DNA of 5,110 bases. Source: Geosiphon pyriformis uo1 (Eukaryota > Fungi > Glomeromycota). Location of the stretch: NCBI GenBank assembly GCA_016748015.1, contig JAAOMT010000041.1, forward strand, positions 1-5,110, written 5' to 3'. A program made the translations under genes and the position numbers. The notes beneath the pieces are model-generated. The model was given only the letters and a program-made list of their open reading frames with translations. It was not told the origin of the DNA and made no database searches. Positions 1 through 5,110 of this stretch are shown here, piece by piece (the first letter of the stretch is position 1; each line of letters begins with the position of its first letter).

Positions 1-91
1 GGATAGAATCTTCATCTTGATTTTGTTGCGTTGGGCAAAGCGTTGCGGGAAACTTTGTCTGTCAACCGATCTATTTGCCTGAAAGAATGTA

Positions 92-96
92 GTGAA
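92..96 (+). other. Candidate left copy of a 5-bp target-site duplication (GTGAA)
   Basis: The five bases before the 5' LTR. Copia elements typically make 5-bp TSDs, but the right flank is outside the window. Confidence 0.35.
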
Positions 97-334
97 TGTT
101 GGAGACCGAGTTTGAGAGTCAGGTCAAACTAGTCAAATGTGAGAAACTAATTCGTGGAAAGTCGTGAATGACGTGAGTACAAAAGAGATTCGAAGACAGA
201 GACTGATTTCTATGGAAGAAGCTGATGATCCTAGAGCAGAGTGAATAGGAGTAAATTACTAGCTCATAATTTGGAATTGGAAACAATTGGTAAAGCTAGC
301 ATTACTACTGTCGAGTCAAGGGAGCCTCCAAACA
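97..334 (+). repeat. 5' LTR (238 bp)
   Basis: TGTTGGAGACC...GAGCCTCCAAACA; matches 4873-5110 with no difference found by eye. Terminal inverted repeat TGTT/AACA, extending to TGTTGGAG/CTCCAAACA with a one-base bulge. Confidence 0.98.
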
Positions 335-346
335 TACTTCGAAGTA
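335..346. promoter_or_regulatory. 12-bp perfect palindrome at the primer-binding-site position
   Basis: TACTTCGAAGTA equals its own reverse complement and begins at the first base after the 5' LTR. No TGG-initiated tRNA complement is present here. The palindrome is certain; its priming role is inferred. Confidence 0.75.
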
Positions 347-382
347 CTAAGGAGAAGGCCCCAACAATTGGCAACAACGACA

Positions 383-1066
383 ATGGACGTGGAAACAACT
401 ATCGGAACAAAGGCTGTACAGCTACCAACTTTTGATGGAGATCACAAGAAGTTTCAAACCTGGTGGACTAGGTTCAAAGCCTATGGCAGTGTGATGAGAT
501 TTGGACAAGCACTTACTGGTAAGGATGAGACAGATTTGCCAGGTAGCGATGCCGAGGCAGTTGATGTGTCAACTGAGGCAGGAAAGAAGAAGGATGCGGC
601 AAGAAAGCGCAACAACCTGGCAATGGCAAACTTTACCATGGCATTCACAACGGAGGCATTGATGGCGCTGGTGTATCGGGCGCAGGACGATGACTGGCCT
701 CAAGGGAAAGCGTCAAGGGTTGTGAGGGCGCTAATGAAGAAGTACATGCCGAATGACAAGTTGGCAAAGATTGAGATCAGAGCTATGTTGGCAAAGGTTA
801 GTATGAAGAAAGATGATGACCCTGCCACACTCTTTGAGCAAGTCAGTGAGATTGAGAACCGTGCTGCGGCACAGGGACAAACGATTGAAGAGTCAGACCT
901 TATTGCCGTGATCATGAATGCTGCCCCGAAGGAGTACATCCCAGTGATCACAGCTGAGCAGCGAGCAAAAGGAGACCTCTTGGATGTGTTGGACCTTGAA
1001 GAGGCCATGACCAAACAGTACCGCTTGATGATGGGCGGAAGAGATTCTCAAAGTGATGGGAAGGGA
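383..1066 (+). other. Gag capsid-like region (boundaries approximate)
   Basis: N-terminal LPTFDG..KFQTWW.RF.AY resembles the copia Gag F.G.N(Y/F)..W start; a helical region with DWPQG and APKEY follows; it lies upstream of the zinc knuckles. Confidence 0.75.
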
Positions 1067-4000
1067 AATGAAATTGCCTTGTCGGCTTTCGGTGGTCATT
1101 GTTACCGATGCAATGAGAAGGGACATAAGGCAAATGCATGCACTAAATCTGAAAATGAGCTGCCCAAGGGCAAGAAGGGCAACAAGAATCGCGGTGGAGG
1201 CAAGAAGCGGTTCAACGGAAAGTGTCGCAAGTGCGACAAGCAAGGACACCGAGAGGCTGATTGCTGGGAAGATGAGGCCAATAAAGACAAGCGACCAAAG
1301 TGGTTCAAGCCTGGAAACGTGGGCGGTGAGACTGCTGCAGTTGGAATCAGTGGTGTGAAGAATGACACTGATCAAAAGATTGAAGTTTTACTGATGGGTA
1401 TTGGGAAGTTGACGTTCCCGACGGTCCTGGACTTCTTGACGGACCCCAATGTGTGGATAGCGGACACTGGCGCCACCGGAAACTCAGCCAACAGCATGAT
1501 AGGTGCAGTGAATATCCGAGAGGCATCGAAGGAAGATGGTATCATGATGGGCAATGGAAAGAGTGAGAAGGCACAGAAGATATTTGATCTGCCCGGAGTG
1601 CTTTGTGACAAGCATGGAAATGAACTTAAACGTATTATGCTGAGAGATGTGACCATGTGCAACAATGGAAAGTTCAACCTCTTCAGCATCACAAGGATGC
1701 AAGAACAAGGATGGAAGCTAGGCGGTGACAAGGACGCAATCTGGATCACCAAGGATGGCCAAGAGATCCGTTTTGATATCAAGATTAAGACAAAGCAAGG
1801 TGCACTCTACTGCATGTACCTAAAACGAGACGTTATGGAGCACGCGAACGCACACGTAAATGGTATTCAGGCACCAATGTCGGTCACAAAGACTGTGACG
1901 ATTCAGCAGGCACATGATTGGCTCGGTCACCCAAGTGAGCAAACGACGCGAGCAATTGCAGAGAATCTTGGATGGAAAATTACACGTGGAACACTAGGAC
2001 CCTGTGAGGCTTGTGCTGCTGGTAAGGCACAGCAAAAGAATGTTCCAAAGGAATCGAATCATCAACCATCAAAAGTCAACGCTGAAAGGATCTTCTTGGA
2101 CATCGCGACAATCAAACAACCTCAAGACAAGTTAGTCACGGTAGCAACAAAGAACAAGTGGAGGATCATGGTTGATGAAAGGACACAATTGAAGTTCAGT
2201 GACTTCTTTGAGACAAAGAATGGCATGGTCGAGCCTACATTAGAGCAAATCAACAAGTGGAAGCAACAAGGACTTACGGTGAAGTTCATTCGAATGGACA
2301 ATGCAGGCGAGAACAAACTACTTGAGCGCAGGAGCATGAGCAGCGACTGGAAAATGAACATACAATTCGAATATACGGCAAGAGATACTCCACAGCAGAA
2401 TCATCTAGCGGAGTTGGGATTTGCAACAATTGCAAGCCGTGGGCGAGCGATGATGCACAGAGCATATATTCCACTGGCAATCCGGTACAAGATATTCTCA
2501 AAGGCATTCAAACTGGCCACACTGCTGGATGGGTTGGTGGTTATTGAGTTGGATGGAAAGAAGGCATCCCGATATGAGCATTTCTTTGGAAAGTTGCCCG
2601 GGTTTGCAAGTTACTTGCGCACGTTTGGCGAAGCGGGTACAGTGAAGATCAGAACTATTGGAACGCCAAAGATTGCAGATAGGGGGGTTCACTGCTTTTA
2701 TGTTGGCCCCGCACTAAATCATGCCCCCGATTGTTGCGAGATGTATGACCCTGTAACAGGGCGAATTCACCAAACACGAGATATTACTTGGTTGAAACGG
2801 TTGTACTACGAGCGACCAGCAAACATGCCTACCCTGGGTGGACTGTTGGATGTCACAACAGATGGAGAGATGGCCCAAGAGACACTGGCTATTGAGGCAA
2901 ACACCAATCAGCATTTAGATGGCGATGAAGCCGGGGAGAGTAACTCAGACAATCAACCTGGCACTGATGACACTGACGATGATGCTGAGTCTGTTACTGG
3001 GGGAGAGATGAAGAACAACACAGCAACCAGCACTACAGCATCAGGACGGGTGATCCGACCACCCAGCAGATTGATTGAAGAAATGGGAGCGACGGCATTG
3101 GCAGCAACCCGAGCAGCAGAGTATGAGCTTGCGCTGACTCCAGCCGAAGAGAACTACCTTGCAGCCATGAAGGAATTACAAGAATTTGCATTTGTTGGCG
3201 CAGGAATTGGTGGTGGTTTTGAGAACACTGAGGAGCTACATGCCATGAAGTATGAGGAAGCGATCAAACGCGACAGGGAAGGATGGGAGAAAGCAATCGA
3301 GGAAGAAAAGAAAAAGATGGACCATTATAATGTCTTCAAACCCGTTTCACGTGAAGAATTACCAGAAGATGCAAAGATATTGACATCAACCTGGGCAATG
3401 AAGCAGAAAGCCGATGGAACCAAAAGAGCAAGAATTACAGCCCGAGGATTCGAGCAGGTAGACGGTGTTCACTACGATTCAACGAACAAATCCGCACCAG
3501 TGGCAAGTGATGTAACAATCCGCATTGTACTGGTACTGTCAATTATGGCGTACTGGTGGCGGGAGCTGATGGACGTACGTGGCGCATTCTTGAATGGTCG
3601 ATTTGAAAATGGAGAGGTACTTTACATGGAGATTCCAAAGGGATTCGAGAAATGGTACCCAGCAAATTCGGTACTCCTTTTACTGAGAGCAATCTATGGG
3701 ACCATCCAAGCTGCGATCCAGTTTTGGAGAGAACTTTTGAGAGCATTTTGGTCAATGGGTTACAAAAGAAGTAAGGCTGACAATTGCCTGTACTATAAGT
3801 GGACAAAAGTGGGCTTGGTACTCTGGATATCTTGGGTTGACGACTTGTTGGTGACTGGACCTAAAGAGGCAGTTCTACAAGCCAAGAAAGAAATGACAGA
3901 TCGATTTGATTGCGATGTGGTCGGCGAACTAAAGGAATATGTCGGATGTAAAGTAGATTCAGGCCCCGGATGGATGAAACTGACACAACCAGTAATGATC

Positions 4001-4843
4001 CAAAGTTTTCGAGATGAATTTGAACTACCAAAGGGCGAGAATCCGACGACCCCAGCGGCACCTATGACTACGTTGGTACCAGGCGACCCACGCCAAAATT
4101 TGAAGCCTGACAAGTTGAAGATTTACCGGAAAGGTGTTGGGAAATTACTACACATGATGCGTTGGACCCGGCCGGATGTCTTAAATGCGGTGCGGGAGCT
4201 GTCCAGATTTATGAGTGGTGCAAGTTTGGCGCACTTTCATGCAATGTTGCGAGTACTGAAGTATTGTGAATGCACCCCAAACCGAGGACTACTATTGAAA
4301 CCAAAGCGACAATGGGATGGAGACCCAAATTTTGAGTTCGAAATTGAAGGGAAGTCGGACTCCGAGTATGCAAAGGATGTTGCTACACGACGAAGTGTGA
4401 ATGGTTGGTCGGTATTCTTGGAGGGAGCACCGGTTGTTATGCGAAGCAAAATGATGTCCATTGTGGCATTGTCCGTGACAGAAGCCGAATTGTCTAGTGC
4501 AACGAATTGCGCACAAGACATGCTCTACGTAATGAGAATTATGGAGAGCATTGGATTGAAGGTCAAGAAGCCTATGATTTTGAAGGCTGACAACAAAGGA
4601 GCTGTCGATCTAACGAACAATTGGAGCGTTGGAGGAAGGACTCGACATATCGATGTCAAACAATATTTTCTACGCGAGTTAAAGGAAGCAAAGATCATCG
4701 ACACTATCTGGGTGAGAGGCGAAGATATGACAAGCGACGTCTTTACTAAGAATCTTGGACGACGAGATTTTGAAAAGCACATCACCGCATTTGTGGGCGA
4801 TGATGAATACATGTTGACTGGAAGGTCCAAGTCCGGAGGATGA
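383..4843 (+). CDS. gag-pol: Gag-Pol polyprotein (1486 aa from ATG 383)
   Basis: Single frame with no stops or frameshifts. The first in-frame ATG is at 383 in a strong context (ACAATGG), downstream of the LTR. The track's start at 287 is a TTG inside the LTR. All catalytic motifs are present. Confidence 0.96.
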   Translation: MDVETTIGTKAVQLPTFDGDHKKFQTWWTRFKAYGSVMRFGQALTGKDETDLPGSDAEAVDVSTEAGKKKDAARKRNNLAMANFTMAFTTEALMALVYRAQDDDWPQGKASRVVRALMKKYMPNDKLAKIEIRAMLAKVSMKKDDDPATLFEQVSEIENRAAAQGQTIEESDLIAVIMNAAPKEYIPVITAEQRAKGDLLDVLDLEEAMTKQYRLMMGGRDSQSDGKGNEIALSAFGGHCYRCNEKGHKANACTKSENELPKGKKGNKNRGGGKKRFNGKCRKCDKQGHREADCWEDEANKDKRPKWFKPGNVGGETAAVGISGVKNDTDQKIEVLLMGIGKLTFPTVLDFLTDPNVWIADTGATGNSANSMIGAVNIREASKEDGIMMGNGKSEKAQKIFDLPGVLCDKHGNELKRIMLRDVTMCNNGKFNLFSITRMQEQGWKLGGDKDAIWITKDGQEIRFDIKIKTKQGALYCMYLKRDVMEHANAHVNGIQAPMSVTKTVTIQQAHDWLGHPSEQTTRAIAENLGWKITRGTLGPCEACAAGKAQQKNVPKESNHQPSKVNAERIFLDIATIKQPQDKLVTVATKNKWRIMVDERTQLKFSDFFETKNGMVEPTLEQINKWKQQGLTVKFIRMDNAGENKLLERRSMSSDWKMNIQFEYTARDTPQQNHLAELGFATIASRGRAMMHRAYIPLAIRYKIFSKAFKLATLLDGLVVIELDGKKASRYEHFFGKLPGFASYLRTFGEAGTVKIRTIGTPKIADRGVHCFYVGPALNHAPDCCEMYDPVTGRIHQTRDITWLKRLYYERPANMPTLGGLLDVTTDGEMAQETLAIEANTNQHLDGDEAGESNSDNQPGTDDTDDDAESVTGGEMKNNTATSTTASGRVIRPPSRLIEEMGATALAATRAAEYELALTPAEENYLAAMKELQEFAFVGAGIGGGFENTEELHAMKYEEAIKRDREGWEKAIEEEKKKMDHYNVFKPVSREELPEDAKILTSTWAMKQKADGTKRARITARGFEQVDGVHYDSTNKSAPVASDVTIRIVLVLSIMAYWWRELMDVRGAFLNGRFENGEVLYMEIPKGFEKWYPANSVLLLLRAIYGTIQAAIQFWRELLRAFWSMGYKRSKADNCLYYKWTKVGLVLWISWVDDLLVTGPKEAVLQAKKEMTDRFDCDVVGELKEYVGCKVDSGPGWMKLTQPVMIQSFRDEFELPKGENPTTPAAPMTTLVPGDPRQNLKPDKLKIYRKGVGKLLHMMRWTRPDVLNAVRELSRFMSGASLAHFHAMLRVLKYCECTPNRGLLLKPKRQWDGDPNFEFEIEGKSDSEYAKDVATRRSVNGWSVFLEGAPVVMRSKMMSIVALSVTEAELSSATNCAQDMLYVMRIMESIGLKVKKPMILKADNKGAVDLTNNWSVGGRTRHIDVKQYFLRELKEAKIIDTIWVRGEDMTSDVFTKNLGRRDFEKHITAFVGDDEYMLTGRSKSGG
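1100..1141 (+). other. CCHC zinc knuckle 1 (nucleocapsid)
   Basis: CYRCNEKGHKANAC = CX2CX4HX4C (aa 272-285). Confidence 0.95.
1223..1264 (+). other. CCHC zinc knuckle 2 (nucleocapsid)
   Basis: CRKCDKQGHREADC = CX2CX4HX4C (aa 313-326). Confidence 0.95.
1439..1831 (+). other. Aspartic protease domain (boundaries approximate)
   Basis: WIADTGAT active site (catalytic Asp codon at 1463), MGNG flap-like motif, and NLFS equivalent to copia NLLS. Confidence 0.9.
1904..2812 (+). other. Integrase (HHCC, DDE core and C-terminal region; boundaries approximate)
   Basis: HDWLGH...CEAC zinc-binding motif (1913-2014); catalytic D at 2099 (IFLD), D at 2297 (RMDNAGE), E at 2411 (TPQQNHLAE); C-terminal LRTFG...RDITW. 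Confidence 0.93.
2933..2941 (+). promoter_or_regulatory. Candidate central polypurine tract
   Basis: GGGGAGAGT is identical to the PPT/LTR junction at 4865-4873; a second GGGGAGAG lies at 3000-3007. Confidence 0.55.
3245..4291 (+). other. Reverse transcriptase, copia (RVT_2) type, with connection region (boundaries approximate)
   Basis: RARITARGFEQ, MDVRGAFLNG (Asp at 3572), LYMEIPKGF, AIYGTIQA, WVDD (3833-3844), YRKGVGKL, TRPDV. Confidence 0.96.
4340..4795 (+). other. RNase H, Ty1/copia type (boundaries approximate)
   Basis: SDSEYA (D 4358), SVTEAE (E 4487), ADNKGA (D 4589), RTRHID, SDVFTK (D 4736). Confidence 0.95.
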
Positions 4844-4861
4844 CGGGTGAGGTGGACTCTC

Positions 4862-4872
4862 AAAGGGGAGAG
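4862..4872 (+). promoter_or_regulatory. 3' polypurine tract (plus-strand primer)
   Basis: AAAGGGGAGAG, 11 consecutive purines directly abutting the TG of the 3' LTR. Confidence 0.92.
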
Positions 4873-5110
4873 TGTTGGAGACCGAGTTTGAGAGTCAGGT
4901 CAAACTAGTCAAATGTGAGAAACTAATTCGTGGAAAGTCGTGAATGACGTGAGTACAAAAGAGATTCGAAGACAGAGACTGATTTCTATGGAAGAAGCTG
5001 ATGATCCTAGAGCAGAGTGAATAGGAGTAAATTACTAGCTCATAATTTGGAATTGGAAACAATTGGTAAAGCTAGCATTACTACTGTCGAGTCAAGGGAG
5101 CCTCCAAACA
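4873..5110 (+). repeat. 3' LTR (238 bp)
   Basis: Direct repeat of 97-334; directly preceded by a purine tract; ends in CA at the last base of the window. Confidence 0.98.

Larger units (their letters stand above)
97..5110 (+). mobile_element. Full-length Ty1/copia LTR retrotransposon, probably diatom/stramenopile CoDi-like
   Basis: Seen: two 238-bp direct terminal repeats starting TGTT and ending AACA, a PPT before the 3' LTR, and one polyprotein in the order Gag-PR-IN-RT-RH. Integrase upstream of RT is diagnostic of Ty1/copia. The host/lineage call is an inference from remembered motif variants and is less certain than the copia call. Confidence 0.98.

Noticed and set aside
1-96. Flank has one stop-free minus-strand frame (32 codons), possibly an interrupted host gene
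   Set aside because: Too short to distinguish from chance, with no recognisable motif.
122-136. Two W-box matches (TTGACY) on the minus strand
   Set aside because: WRKY regulation would imply a plant-type host, which the protein motifs do not suggest; kept only as generic TGAC motifs.
189-195. TTCGAAG in the LTR, complementary to 337-343, as a Tf1-style self-primer
   Set aside because: Only 7 nt, and the pairing does not reach 335. Not fully excluded until the transcription start is mapped.
337-343. CTTCGAA resembling a tRNA-Arg(UCG) anticodon loop or T-loop (half-tRNA priming)
   Set aside because: The flanking bases do not form the expected tRNA stem by eye; a search against host tRNAs would settle it.
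287-382. N-terminal extension of the polyprotein from TTG 287
   Set aside because: A non-ATG start inside the LTR running across the PBS position; ATG 383 has a strong context and directly precedes the Gag motif.
369-382. TGGCAACAACGACA as a displaced tRNA PBS
   Set aside because: It starts 34 nt after the LTR end; priming there would not yield the observed LTR boundary.
241-435. 64-aa plus-strand ORF
   Set aside because: GTG start within the LTR, short, no recognisable motif, overlaps gag out of frame.
3194-3220. VGAGIGGGF resembling a Rossmann GxGxxG FAD-binding motif
   Set aside because: It runs straight into the copia pre-RT segment (YEEA...W..AI.EE), leaving no room for a dinucleotide-binding fold.
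700-4863. Short minus-strand ORFs and the +1053..1358 ORF
   Set aside because: All overlap gag-pol, are 160 aa or shorter, and show no recognisable domains; consistent with shadow ORFs.
4844-4872. Possible env-like or extra ORF after pol
   Set aside because: Only 29 nt separate the stop codon from the 3' LTR.

Overview
The window holds one complete, apparently intact Ty1/copia (Pseudoviridae) LTR retrotransposon (97-5110), preceded by 96 bp of flank. Two 238-bp TG...CA LTRs (97-334, 4873-5110), identical by eye, enclose one uninterrupted gag-pol ORF. Its likely start is ATG 383 and it stops at TGA 4843 (1486 aa). Domain order is the copia order: Gag with two CCHC knuckles, protease, integrase, RT, RNase H. 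Motif variants (DWPxG, DNAGEN, WVDD, NNWSVGGRTRH) suggest a diatom/stramenopile CoDi-like lineage (inference). The most unusual part is the priming apparatus. There is no tRNA-complementary primer binding site; a perfect 12-bp palindrome (TACTTCGAAGTA, 335-346) abuts the 5' LTR instead, suggesting tRNA-independent self- or dimer-priming. The 3' polypurine tract lies in a 6-bp hairpin ending at the LTR edge, and its core (GGGGAGAG) recurs twice mid-element as candidate central PPTs. The window stops at the last LTR base, so the target-site duplication cannot be confirmed. Amino-acid numbers refer to the supplied 1518-aa ORF starting at 287.
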